A stretch of 32,000 bases of DNA from Candidatus Hermodarchaeota archaeon. Lineage in GTDB: Archaea > Asgardarchaeota > Heimdallarchaeia > Hodarchaeales > Hodarchaeaceae. The translations under genes and the position numbers were made by a program. Location: assembly GCA_048886185.1 (NCBI GenBank), contig JBHLKY010000011.1, forward strand, positions 120,001 to 152,000, read 5' to 3'. The number at the start of each line of letters is the position of its first letter. Position 1 is the stretch's first letter. Below the pieces are notes generated by a model. That model ran no database searches and was not told where the DNA came from. It worked only from the letters and a program-made list of their open reading frames with translations. Of the stretch, positions 16,382 to 26,178 are shown one piece after another.

Positions 16382-17308
16382 ATGATTGAAAAAATTACTG
16401 GATTGATAACAATGGTAATTTCTGATGATAAATCTTCCCAAATAGTTGAATTAACAGACGGACGACGCTTAGGTTATGCTGAATATGGCGATCCCCGTGG
16501 AAGACCGATTTTTTATTTTCATGGCAATTATGGAAGTAGACTAGAGGCCCTTTTTGGGAAAGAGAACTATCTGGTAGAAAAAGGAATACGTTTCGTCTGC
16601 ATGGATCGTCCTGGTCTAGGTTTATCGGATTATCAGGCAAAAAGATTACTCTTAGACTGGCCTATTGATGTTCTTGAGTTGGCTACCCATTTAAATATAG
16701 ATAAATTTGCAGTGATGGGAGGTAGTGGTGGGGGGCCGTATGCTCTGGCCTGTACTCATGAAATTCCACCAAATCGGTTAACTGGTTGTTTAATTGTTTC
16801 AGGTTTAGGACCATACAGTCTCAGTAAAGAAGGTATGAATCGTCGAAGCAAAAATATGCTTGTTTTTGCCCGACGCTTTCCCTGGGCATTTCGTTTTGCC
16901 CTTTGGATAATGATGGGGCGGAAAGCTAAACAAGAAAATGTGAAATGGTGGGAAGAGAATTACCAAAAACTGTACCAAAGCCTTCCTGAACCTGATCAAA
17001 AACTTGTACTTGAGCCCTCAATTCGAGAACGAATGATTTTAAAGACGCTTGAAGCATTCCGACAAGGATCTAAAGGCCCAGCTCATGACTTTAAATTGTA
17101 TACAAAACCTTGGGGATTTGAATTGCACGAGATTCCAGAGGAATTAACTGTATTTCTATTCCATGGGGGATTAGATACGAGCGTTCCGATTTCCATGGCC
17201 CGAACTATGAGCGAACAGATCCCGAATTGTAAGACCAAGTTCTATCCCGAGGAAGGTCATTTATCAGTACTTATCAATAGATTTGATGAGATATTTAGTT
17301 CTCTCTAA
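16382..17308 (+). CDS. Alpha/beta hydrolase fold protein
   Basis: DGRRLGYAEYGDP.G.PIFYFHG, DRPGLGLSD, nucleophile elbow GGSGGGPYA, HGGLDTSVP, EGHLS (Ser-Asp-His triad). Confidence 0.93.
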   Translation: MIEKITGLITMVISDDKSSQIVELTDGRRLGYAEYGDPRGRPIFYFHGNYGSRLEALFGKENYLVEKGIRFVCMDRPGLGLSDYQAKRLLLDWPIDVLELATHLNIDKFAVMGGSGGGPYALACTHEIPPNRLTGCLIVSGLGPYSLSKEGMNRRSKNMLVFARRFPWAFRFALWIMMGRKAKQENVKWWEENYQKLYQSLPEPDQKLVLEPSIRERMILKTLEAFRQGSKGPAHDFKLYTKPWGFELHEIPEELTVFLFHGGLDTSVPISMARTMSEQIPNCKTKFYPEEGHLSVLINRFDEIFSSL

Positions 17309-17413
17309 GTATTGAGATCTCCCTTCACCTTTCGTTTGGAATTTCTTTCACTCATTCCCTTTTTCTAATTCTATCTAGGGAATTTAAGGTCATTATTTCA
17401 GTTTAAACTTAAT

Positions 17414-18367
17414 TTAGATGACCCATTTATCTGTAGTATCTCTGTAGAGAGGATCCTCCCACCTATCGGTGGCAGGAAAATTGACATAAGGAGGAAATGG
17501 CGGCCACTCTTGTTTAGGATTATAATCTGTTCTGATGATTTTACCTTGACTCCAAAAGTTAGGAAATTCATCAGGGTAATAAGCTGTAATAAACATTGAA
17601 TCCCTCTCTAACGAGGGATAGAATCCCTCTTTGTCTCGATCATCAGGATTAAAAGCTACAAAGCATTTAGATCCAATTGTGTGCCCTTCTATTTCCCCTA
17701 CCTGATAAGTTTGTCTGGTGTGCATTAAAGGAAGACCATATATATCGACTAAAGGTTTCAGGGGTTCGATGATATTCGGAAAAATATGAAAGCTCATCAG
17801 AACGATGAGAATTCGCCCTCTTAATTCACCAATTGTGGGCCAAGAATCACCTGGAGAGCCATACTGCTCTAAATATTCACTATAGGGGTAAAATCTCTTC
17901 CAATGACTTTGGGATCCTTTGTTCATTTCAAATGCCTTGAAAATCTGTTTATTCATCTGGATAAGCCCAAAATTTTTGTGGGGACGGTTATTTATATCCT
18001 GAAGATCTTTTTTAATATCCAAAAACACAGTAATCGGTGCATGGTTGGGATGGCTCTTTGACCAATTATTTATCACCCCAAGCCAATCCTTTAGATTATT
18101 TCCACGGGGATTTCCAACTGCCTTATGATTTACTTCATGACTAGGATACCAATGGCCGATTTTAAAGCTTCCTTTCCCTCTGAAGATTTTGATCAAGGTT
18201 AAAAATCTTTTAATTCGTTCAAATAAGGTCCAACTGTCATGAATATCAAGTTCAAAACCTCTAATACCATGATCTAATTGTTGGGTTAACGACCAGCGAT
18301 AAGAATTATGGGTGGTCATAAAAATACTTTTGTTGTAAGGCTGATTATCAAATTGTGAATGACTCAT
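17414..18367 (-). CDS. PI-PLC X-domain-like (PLC-like phosphodiesterase) protein
   Basis: THNSY, SLTQQLDHGIRGFELDIH, KIGH, WSKSHPNHAPITVFLDIK, WPTIGELRGRILIVL. No signal peptide. Confidence 0.85.
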   Translation of the reverse strand: MSHSQFDNQPYNKSIFMTTHNSYRWSLTQQLDHGIRGFELDIHDSWTLFERIKRFLTLIKIFRGKGSFKIGHWYPSHEVNHKAVGNPRGNNLKDWLGVINNWSKSHPNHAPITVFLDIKKDLQDINNRPHKNFGLIQMNKQIFKAFEMNKGSQSHWKRFYPYSEYLEQYGSPGDSWPTIGELRGRILIVLMSFHIFPNIIEPLKPLVDIYGLPLMHTRQTYQVGEIEGHTIGSKCFVAFNPDDRDKEGFYPSLERDSMFITAYYPDEFPNFWSQGKIIRTDYNPKQEWPPFPPYVNFPATDRWEDPLYRDTTDKWVI

Positions 18368-18482
18368 GTTTTTCCCTCAGAAAATTTGTGATTTACATTA
18401 TTTTATCTTATTTATGATCTATCCTATAATGAAAGAGTTAATTAACATTCTAGAGGATAGTTTCCTATAGATTATAGGGGAG

Positions 18483-21400
18483 TCACCAGTTTTTCCCCTT
18501 CTTCCGCATTTTTCCAGACTGTCGTTTTTTAACTGGGATTTTCTTCTCTGGCTTCGATGGATCAGTTTCTTCCTCTTTTTCCTCTTCTTTTCTTCCAAGT
18601 TTTGTAAGGAGTGCCTCTCGTTTGTAAATGACGATTATAACCAGGATCCCAACAATCCCCAAGAAGAGGGGGAGTAAGTCTGTCAAGCTCGTGATCTTCG
18701 TGTAGGTGAATTGGTACTTAGCCCAATTCCCTGCTCCATCTTGTATGAAAAGTATAAGCTTGTGAGTTTTAAACACAGCTGTTGGTAGATCTATTACCAC
18801 ATAATAGTTTCCTTCTTCGGTTGTGCTTGCTAGTCCCACCTTTAATGCAGGTAAGCTATAGATTGTTAGTGTCTGGTTTGTGCCATTATTCCAGTTGGAT
18901 TTCACTATAACGGGTTTTTCATCGAAATAGAATCTTAAATAGTTGATATCATTACTATAAAACCCACCTGAAGGCCAGCTCACTCGGGGTCTGCCAATAG
19001 GAGTATTATCAATGATGAATAGGAATCGTTTTGATTGATTATACCCTAATAGATCTTCTGCATAGACAGTGAATACATGTTGCCCTTCAGATGGTAGAAG
19101 AGTGATTTGCGCTGATGTAACGTTGAAAAATGTTTTGTTTTCCTCATTCCATTGATAAAAACTGTTAAGACTAATTGTCTCTGATATAGTAAGTTGTAGC
19201 GGAGTGTTAGAATTCTGCATGCTATTATTTCTTAATGATACCGTGATTTGGGGAGGGGTTCCATCCACCACATAAGAATAGGTTAAATCTCTTTTATTTC
19301 CACTTGCATCATAAACTGTTAAAAAGAAAGAATAAGATCCATCAGTTTCTGGAGCAAACAAAGTGATAATTGCAGAATTTATCTCACGTGAGTCATTGAT
19401 AACTCTTACTCCTTCTAGAGCCCATGAAGCCTGATAATGATGAATGGATTCATTGAAAGTGAGGAAGAGTGTACTATTCGGCCTAATGCGGGAATTATCA
19501 GCATAATTGATTGAGAGAAGGACTGGTGGTTGATTATCAAAGACAAAGTACCAGATGTAGGAGGCATTATTCCCTACAAGATCTGTACAAAATGCTGTTA
19601 AATTCCCGTGAGAAAGACCAGTTGATAGATCCTCTAAGTCTATTAAGTATGATCGGTTGATCACCCCAGCTTGACTGAAGAACAGATTATTATTATTCCA
19701 TTGAATCTTAATGAGGGCGATATCTTCATTTACTGAAATGTTAATCTTAGTTGTTGAGGAGATGGCTAATATTGATCCGTTGTTCATTAGAGGGACATTA
19801 GCATAGGGAAATTCCGTTCCCAGAACTAAAATAACTGGATCGTCACTATCGATAAAGTACATTAGAGTCTGATTAATTATGATTCCATCTGAAAGATCAT
19901 AATACAACACTAGATCACTCCAGCTATTAACTTGAGGGATAGGGATGGAGTAATATTGTGCTGGAATCATCCACAGAATTGTGGTGAGTGTTGATTGATC
20001 TGAATGATTAAACCATTGATAACCAACTTGGACAGGGTTTAACGTCAAATTTACTAAAACTTCATTTCCCCCTTGAATTCGGGATTGGTTCTCTTCTCGA
20101 AGTTCATAGATTCCAGTTCCTGTGTAAAAAGTGTAGGTTTGAGTGTTCCAATTCCCGACTTCATCACGTACATACAAAACAACAACTTGGGGATTCGAGA
20201 TAATAATTTGAGGGAGAGTAAGTGTAACGATCATAGCTGTATCGAAGGAACTCACGTTATCAGCACCATTCCACGAATAAAGAAGTTCTGCGGGAGTTTC
20301 ATTAAAAGAAAAATGTACTTGAAACGGAGTATGAATCACACTGTTATTTTCAGTATTGTAAAGATCAATACTGATTGAGCTATCATCCCGAATGAAGTGC
20401 CATGTTTGGTTGTTCCAGACATCATCCGCCCCCTTGACATGAATGTAGAGAAATGTATCTAGCGCACTTTTATTTGACCAGTCTTTAAGACTTGTAATGA
20501 AAGAGGGAACATTAGGAAGAGATGTTTCAGAGTCATTTCCCCAGTGATAGATAACAAGGGGAACGATTTCACCAAATGAAAAGTTTATAGGAAGATCTGA
20601 GCGAATTCGACTGCCATTATAAGCATTGAAAGGGGTGACTAGGGGTTTAACCCACCACTGGAAATATTCACTTGTCCAACGGCGCTTGTTATCTTCTAAA
20701 TAGATTCTTAAGCTGTGGATGCCAGAACTCGAAGGAATATTAGCTAAGTAGGTCGTATTATATGTATTATCCATGTTATAAAGAACTGTTCGCCAGTCTT
20801 CAGCGTTTAGATAGTAATAGATGGAAGTGTCCTGATTTACAATGGTATTATTAGCTGGGCTAATCCACGAAATGCTTAATGAAACCTCGTACAAGCTAGA
20901 AAAGGATGCTAGGTTTCCTGCTGTGTCCAAGGCATATATTGTCACATTAAATATGCCATAAATATCGGGTAATAGGGCCCAATAGGGATTCGTTCCATTG
21001 ATTGTAAGTGGAAAAGGGGCCATTATTCCCCAAATTGTTACTGGAGTCTCATCAACAGTAATTGTTAAGTTTGTACTCGGAGGAACATATCCTCCTGACG
21101 GATTCACAAGAATAATTATAGGAGTATTATCTACTGTGAAAGTAAAATTCCAGATTTCCCAAACTCCTGGACTTTTTTCGACTTTCACGTGGAGAAAGTG
21201 ATCCCCTTCTGTCGGAGGAGCTGGATCAAGGACTCCACTGAACCCAGTGTCATTCCAAGCATATAAAACATTATATGGATCAGACAGACTAATCGTTATT
21301 TGACTCCCTCCCTTTATGAATGAGTTATTTTCAGGATCACTTTGAACCGTGAATAAAATTTTATAGTTCAAGATTGAATGATTCTCGTTCCCAATTGGAT

Positions 21401-22067
21401 CATTCAGAACCAAATCAAGGGTATAATTCCCCTCAGGAAAATCTAAGTAGAAATCGTAACTAGTTATATCATTTGGGAAGTCAAAATAAGCCGATCCAAA
21501 CTCAAGCCAGCGATATTTACTATTATATACGGATTCACTGAAATTGAGAGAGAGAAGAGAAAAACTGTAGACATTACTATTATTACTTATTGATGGAGTG
21601 AACTGAGGGACTTTAAAATCATAATAAAAATTATAATGGCGGGAAATCCACTCACTTCCTTGCTCAGAGGAATTTACACTGGCATACACAAATAAGGAGA
21701 TCCATGCCTCATAATCTAGAATTTCGGACATATTAATGAAAAAATACTCATTCAAAGTTATAAAAGAGGTGTTTGTTGGATCAAATGACCATCGGTAGAA
21801 AATCTTGTTGTCTAATGACCCTGTTAAACGAAATAGTATCATTGTTCCATTGGTAATAGTACTTGTATTCGTAGGTTCAAATATATCAATATTAACGGCA
21901 TGAACGGCTGAGAATTTTCGCGATGTAAGCCCTTCAATTCGAATACAATTATCTGCATCATATTCGTTAACTGATATGATTTCTCTTGGTAAAATAAACA
22001 GAAGGAGGATAACAACAGGAATTAAACGAGAGATCAATCTGTAGATATTCATTTCTTTCTTCCTCAT
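18483..22067 (-). CDS. Large type-I membrane surface glycoprotein with tandem Ig/FnIII-like repeats
   Basis: Signal peptide (LIPVVILLLFILP), repeated ~70-75 aa beta modules (NNSxI...FxE...YxWN...GxHxLx(V/I)...DxxGNW...F..D), dozens of N-x-S/T sequons, C-terminal TM (LLPLFLGIVGILVIIVIY), then an acidic/Lys-rich cytoplasmic tail. Confidence 0.85.
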   Translation of the reverse strand: MRKKEMNIYRLISRLIPVVILLLFILPREIISVNEYDADNCIRIEGLTSRKFSAVHAVNIDIFEPTNTSTITNGTMILFRLTGSLDNKIFYRWSFDPTNTSFITLNEYFFINMSEILDYEAWISLFVYASVNSSEQGSEWISRHYNFYYDFKVPQFTPSISNNSNVYSFSLLSLNFSESVYNSKYRWLEFGSAYFDFPNDITSYDFYLDFPEGNYTLDLVLNDPIGNENHSILNYKILFTVQSDPENNSFIKGGSQITISLSDPYNVLYAWNDTGFSGVLDPAPPTEGDHFLHVKVEKSPGVWEIWNFTFTVDNTPIIILVNPSGGYVPPSTNLTITVDETPVTIWGIMAPFPLTINGTNPYWALLPDIYGIFNVTIYALDTAGNLASFSSLYEVSLSISWISPANNTIVNQDTSIYYYLNAEDWRTVLYNMDNTYNTTYLANIPSSSGIHSLRIYLEDNKRRWTSEYFQWWVKPLVTPFNAYNGSRIRSDLPINFSFGEIVPLVIYHWGNDSETSLPNVPSFITSLKDWSNKSALDTFLYIHVKGADDVWNNQTWHFIRDDSSISIDLYNTENNSVIHTPFQVHFSFNETPAELLYSWNGADNVSSFDTAMIVTLTLPQIIISNPQVVVLYVRDEVGNWNTQTYTFYTGTGIYELREENQSRIQGGNEVLVNLTLNPVQVGYQWFNHSDQSTLTTILWMIPAQYYSIPIPQVNSWSDLVLYYDLSDGIIINQTLMYFIDSDDPVILVLGTEFPYANVPLMNNGSILAISSTTKINISVNEDIALIKIQWNNNNLFFSQAGVINRSYLIDLEDLSTGLSHGNLTAFCTDLVGNNASYIWYFVFDNQPPVLLSINYADNSRIRPNSTLFLTFNESIHHYQASWALEGVRVINDSREINSAIITLFAPETDGSYSFFLTVYDASGNKRDLTYSYVVDGTPPQITVSLRNNSMQNSNTPLQLTISETISLNSFYQWNEENKTFFNVTSAQITLLPSEGQHVFTVYAEDLLGYNQSKRFLFIIDNTPIGRPRVSWPSGGFYSNDINYLRFYFDEKPVIVKSNWNNGTNQTLTIYSLPALKVGLASTTEEGNYYVVIDLPTAVFKTHKLILFIQDGAGNWAKYQFTYTKITSLTDLLPLFLGIVGILVIIVIYKREALLTKLGRKEEEKEEETDPSKPEKKIPVKKRQSGKMRKKGKNW

Positions 22068-22410
22068 GTAGAAATTTGGATCTATCTTAGCAATACTTAA
22101 CGAAGATGTGGCTAGGGGAAATTAAATAATTGATAGGAGGAAATTTGACTTATAATGTCTGAATGGTTTTAACCTTTACCTTTAATTTTTTTTTTATAAC
22201 TTTTTACTTTTTAAATCTATACAATAATTCGCGCGACCAAAGATGAGGGTGTGTCACTCCCAAGTTGCAGTCATTAAACATCCTGTTCGAGTAAGCCTCT
22301 TTGCTTTTAGATTAAGAAAATTACCTTCTCTTGTTAACAGTCTTTAAAACCTAGAGCTTCTCTAAAGTACTCACAGCTTCTACTTAATAAACTGTGGAGA
22401 TGAGGCTTTT

Positions 22411-25338
22411 TTGGACACTTCATCCTTTGTAGAGGATCAAAATCAGAATATTTGGGAAAACATCCGTGATATTATTTTCACTCTTTCTCTTGATGGCATA
22501 ATTACCTCGTGTACCCGAGAATTTGAAAATGTTACAGAATGGTCACGAGACGAATGGATTGGTAGATCCTTTCTAGAGATTGTTCACCCTGATGATACAG
22601 AAGGTGTTACCGAAGGTTTTGAGGCAACCCTCCGTGGGGAAACTGTTCCTCCATATGAGGCACGGATCAAGACAAAATCAGGTGAGATTTTAACCTTAGA
22701 GGTCAAAGCTACTTCTCAAGTTTTCAATGGAAAAGTGATTGGATATTTGGGAATTGCAAGAGATATTACAGAACGAAAACAGGCTGAAGAGTTACTAAGG
22801 GCATCAGAGCAACAATATCGGAATATGATTAATTTTATGGGAGATGCCATTCATGTGATTGATAAGCATTTCAATATATTATTAGCAAATCCTGCTTTTT
22901 CTAAATGGGTTAAAGAGCTAGATCTCAATTCCGAGATTGCAGGAAAGCCTCTTCATAAAGCCTTTACCTTCTTAGATGATCAAGTTATTGAAGAATATCG
23001 CTCTGTTTTCTCTTCTGGAGAAACTCTAGTTACAGAAGAGAAAACTATTATTAATGGAAAGACACTTTTTACTGAAACTCGGAAAATCCCCATCATTCGA
23101 CATAACGAAGTTGTACAAATCATTACTATTATTCGAAACATTACAGAGCGTAAAAAAATAGAGAATCAACTAATAGAAAGTGAGGAAAAATATCGAGAGC
23201 TAATTAGTAATCTCACAGACGTTGTTTCAGAGGTTGATTCTGAGGGGAATTTTATTTTTGTCAGTCCACAGGTGTTTGATTCATTTGGTTATTATCCTGA
23301 TGAATTGATTGGCAAAAATAGCATTGATTTCATCCACTCTGATGATATAGAATCTAGTTTAGCATTTTTAGAGGAAATTTTGGCAGAAAAACGAATACTA
23401 AACTATGAATTTAGAATTAAAAACAAGAAAGGGGATTATGTTCCTATAGCTGCCTCTGGAAGAGCTGTGGATCATAATGGCAATTTAAGACTGATTTTTG
23501 TACTTAGAGATATTACAGAGCGAAAAAAAATGGAGACAGCACTTCACGAAGGGGAAGAAAGGTTGAGGGGATTCATGGAGGGGGCAACCGACTCCTTTGC
23601 CCTCTGGGATTCAGAATTAAATCTAGTAGATGTGAATAAGACTGCATTAACGGCATTCGGGTTTGTAAAAAAAGATATCCTCGGAAAAAATATCACAGAA
23701 TTTCACACTAATCCAAAGGATATTAAAAACTACAAAAAGGTTTTAGAATCAGGTAATCCTTTTATTGCTGATATAATCGCTTCTCCTCAAAAGTATGGGA
23801 ACTTAATCTTATCTGTGAAAGCATTTAAAGTAGGAGATGGTCTAGGAATAATTGCTACTGACATTACTGAACGGAAAAGGGCTGAAGACGAATTATTAAA
23901 AACTAAAATGAGATTAGAGTATTTACTTAAAGAAAATCCTGCAGTGATATATTCCTGTAGTTTAGATGGTCATTTTGAAACTACATTTATGAGTGAGAAC
24001 ATCAAGGAGATATTAGGACATCGGGTGGAGGATTTTATTCATAATCCAGAATTTTGGGAAGCTAATCTACATCCTGATGATAGAAACAAAGTTCTCTCCA
24101 CTTTTAAGGAAATAAAGAATAAAGGATCTTACAGTGATGCGTATAGGTTCAAACATAAAGATGGCTCTTATCGCTGGATGTTGGAAGAAGCAAACCTGAC
24201 TAATGATAGCAATGGAAATCCTTTAGAAGTTATTGGTTATTGGACTGATATTACTGAACGGAAAATAGTAGAAGAGGATTTACGAGCAAGTGAAGGAAAA
24301 TTTAGATCAATCTTTGAGAATGCACCTATTGGTATGGCCTTAATAGATCTAGATTTCGGTTTCAGTAAACAAAATACCGCTTTCTGTCAAATGACTGGAT
24401 ATTCAGCAAAAGACCTCACCCAACTGTCGCTTCATGATATTATACATCCTGATTATCGAGAGAAAACTGAAAAACTAGCCAAAAGAATATATGGTAAGAA
24501 CTCAACAATTCAAACTGAAAGAAGATATGTTAAGAAAAATGGAGACGAATTTTGGGGTCGCACCACTAGTACTCTTCTTCGAGAAGACCATCGGGATGCT
24601 ATCTTCTTTATCCTAATGGTTGAAGATATTACCAGAATTAAACAATCAGAAGAATTAATGAAAAGGCAGTTGATAAAATACCAAGTCGAAGATGGGAATA
24701 TCTACCTCGTAAAAGAGAATACACCTATATTATCTCAAACAGTCTTCAAAGAACTTCTTAAAGCAGGATATAGGGGAGTGATATTTTCTAGATCTCCTAA
24801 AAGAGATTACTCCACCCACATAGAAGTAGAATTTACTTATCATCGTATAAATGAGGAGAGTAAAATTGAAGATCTAATGGAGAACTTAGAAGACACATCG
24901 AATAAGAGTGTTATTCTAATTGACAGAATTGAATATCTTGTCACTAGTAAAGGTTTTAATCAGACAATACAATTCATTTACAGACTAGGTGATATTGTTT
25001 ATCTCAAGTCTTCAATAGCTATTCTTGTTTCAGATACCTTGGCTTTATCAAAGAAAGAACTCCGTATTCTAGAGAAAGAAACTAAAGAAATCGAACTTAG
25101 GTCACTTGCAGCCCTTTCAGAAGAAAATCTTGAAGTCATGAGGTTAATCTATCAAAAAAATAATCTGGGTATTAAACCATCATATTCAGATATTGGTAAA
25201 GAATTAAATATAAGCAGACCTACAACAAGAAGAAGAATAAAAAAGTTACTGGCTACTGGCTATTTGATTGATCATAAAAAAGGGAATAGCAAGGTTTTAG
25301 AATGCACAGATAAAGGCAGATTGTTATTTCTCAAGTAA
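22411..25338 (+). CDS. Multi-PAS sensor (6 PAS/PAC) + DUF835-like domain + C-terminal wHTH
   Basis: Six PAC ends (RDITERK, RNITERK, RDITERK, TDITERK, TDITERK, EDITRIK), then GNIYLVKE...GVIFSR...VILIDRIEYLV..KGF (DUF835-like), then PSYSDIGKELNISRPTTRRRIKKLLATGYL. No HisKA/HATPase. TTG start. Confidence 0.88.
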   Translation: MDTSSFVEDQNQNIWENIRDIIFTLSLDGIITSCTREFENVTEWSRDEWIGRSFLEIVHPDDTEGVTEGFEATLRGETVPPYEARIKTKSGEILTLEVKATSQVFNGKVIGYLGIARDITERKQAEELLRASEQQYRNMINFMGDAIHVIDKHFNILLANPAFSKWVKELDLNSEIAGKPLHKAFTFLDDQVIEEYRSVFSSGETLVTEEKTIINGKTLFTETRKIPIIRHNEVVQIITIIRNITERKKIENQLIESEEKYRELISNLTDVVSEVDSEGNFIFVSPQVFDSFGYYPDELIGKNSIDFIHSDDIESSLAFLEEILAEKRILNYEFRIKNKKGDYVPIAASGRAVDHNGNLRLIFVLRDITERKKMETALHEGEERLRGFMEGATDSFALWDSELNLVDVNKTALTAFGFVKKDILGKNITEFHTNPKDIKNYKKVLESGNPFIADIIASPQKYGNLILSVKAFKVGDGLGIIATDITERKRAEDELLKTKMRLEYLLKENPAVIYSCSLDGHFETTFMSENIKEILGHRVEDFIHNPEFWEANLHPDDRNKVLSTFKEIKNKGSYSDAYRFKHKDGSYRWMLEEANLTNDSNGNPLEVIGYWTDITERKIVEEDLRASEGKFRSIFENAPIGMALIDLDFGFSKQNTAFCQMTGYSAKDLTQLSLHDIIHPDYREKTEKLAKRIYGKNSTIQTERRYVKKNGDEFWGRTTSTLLREDHRDAIFFILMVEDITRIKQSEELMKRQLIKYQVEDGNIYLVKENTPILSQTVFKELLKAGYRGVIFSRSPKRDYSTHIEVEFTYHRINEESKIEDLMENLEDTSNKSVILIDRIEYLVTSKGFNQTIQFIYRLGDIVYLKSSIAILVSDTLALSKKELRILEKETKEIELRSLAALSEENLEVMRLIYQKNNLGIKPSYSDIGKELNISRPTTRRRIKKLLATGYLIDHKKGNSKVLECTDKGRLLFLK

Positions 25339-25374
25339 ATCTCTTTTAGCTGATTATATTGAAGATCAGAGGCA

Positions 25375-25992
25375 TTATTCAATTGGTTGTCGAATAATAG
25401 TTTTAAGTTTCTCGGGTTTTGTTCTCCGAGGATCAGAGAGATATATTTCATGATGTTTTCCTCTAAGTTTGTAGCCTCGATTCTTGATAAAATTATGCAT
25501 TTGTTCGATAGTTGGCCCCTCTTCAGAATACGCCCCAAAGTACATAATTTGAGCTGATAACCCCTCATTATAAGTCTCGAAACGAACTTTAGAGATCGCT
25601 GGAGGATTTTTCTTCTTTGTTACTTCTTCAATGGCTTCATCAATCATTTCTCGAGTGATGAAATCTGGCTGCATAATCATAGAGGTCCATAACCACTCCT
25701 CTTTTCTTTCCATGAATGCCACTGTAAAAACAAACATATCTTTAGCCCACCATAAACCTTCAAGGGGCATGACGACGTAATCCTTTCCATATTTCTTCAT
25801 CATAAATTTTACAGTATAAGAAAGAGGGTATAGGGTCATCATTGCATCTTGGTATTCTTGTGATGTCCCAGGATATCCTTGTCCATCTATCATGAGAAAT
25901 TGCAAGGGAGGTACATCCACAATTGAAAATTCTTTTGCTGAAACTCCAGAATAGAAATCCTTTAGCTCTTTTTTGAGATCTACCTTTCTCAT
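25375..25992 (-). CDS. GyrI-like small-molecule-binding domain protein
   Basis: FLMIDGQGYP, LYPLSYTVKF, YVVMPLEGLWW, WLWTSMIMQPDF, HHEIYLSDPRRTKPEKLKTIIRQP. Confidence 0.9.
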   Translation of the reverse strand: MRKVDLKKELKDFYSGVSAKEFSIVDVPPLQFLMIDGQGYPGTSQEYQDAMMTLYPLSYTVKFMMKKYGKDYVVMPLEGLWWAKDMFVFTVAFMERKEEWLWTSMIMQPDFITREMIDEAIEEVTKKKNPPAISKVRFETYNEGLSAQIMYFGAYSEEGPTIEQMHNFIKNRGYKLRGKHHEIYLSDPRRTKPEKLKTIIRQPIE

Positions 25993-26178
25993 GTTAACAA
26001 ATCTCCTTTTCCCAGTAGTCGCTTGGTTGTGGTTTAAATGTATCCTTTTATTCTAGCTTCATGATACAAGTAATGTTTAGTTAAAGCAAGGAAAATATCT
26101 AAGAATAGTATCGATCTTGTAATTGATATGTATAAGACACCCCATTCTCAAACTAGAGTATTTTATAGGTAAATCCAG

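Noticed and set aside
22400-22412. Out-of-frame ATG 11 nt upstream of the PAS gene, next to a T6 run (possible frameshift)
   Set aside because: The TTG at 22411 has a plausible GGAG/GAGG ribosome-binding site and gives a complete first PAS domain, so no frameshift is needed.
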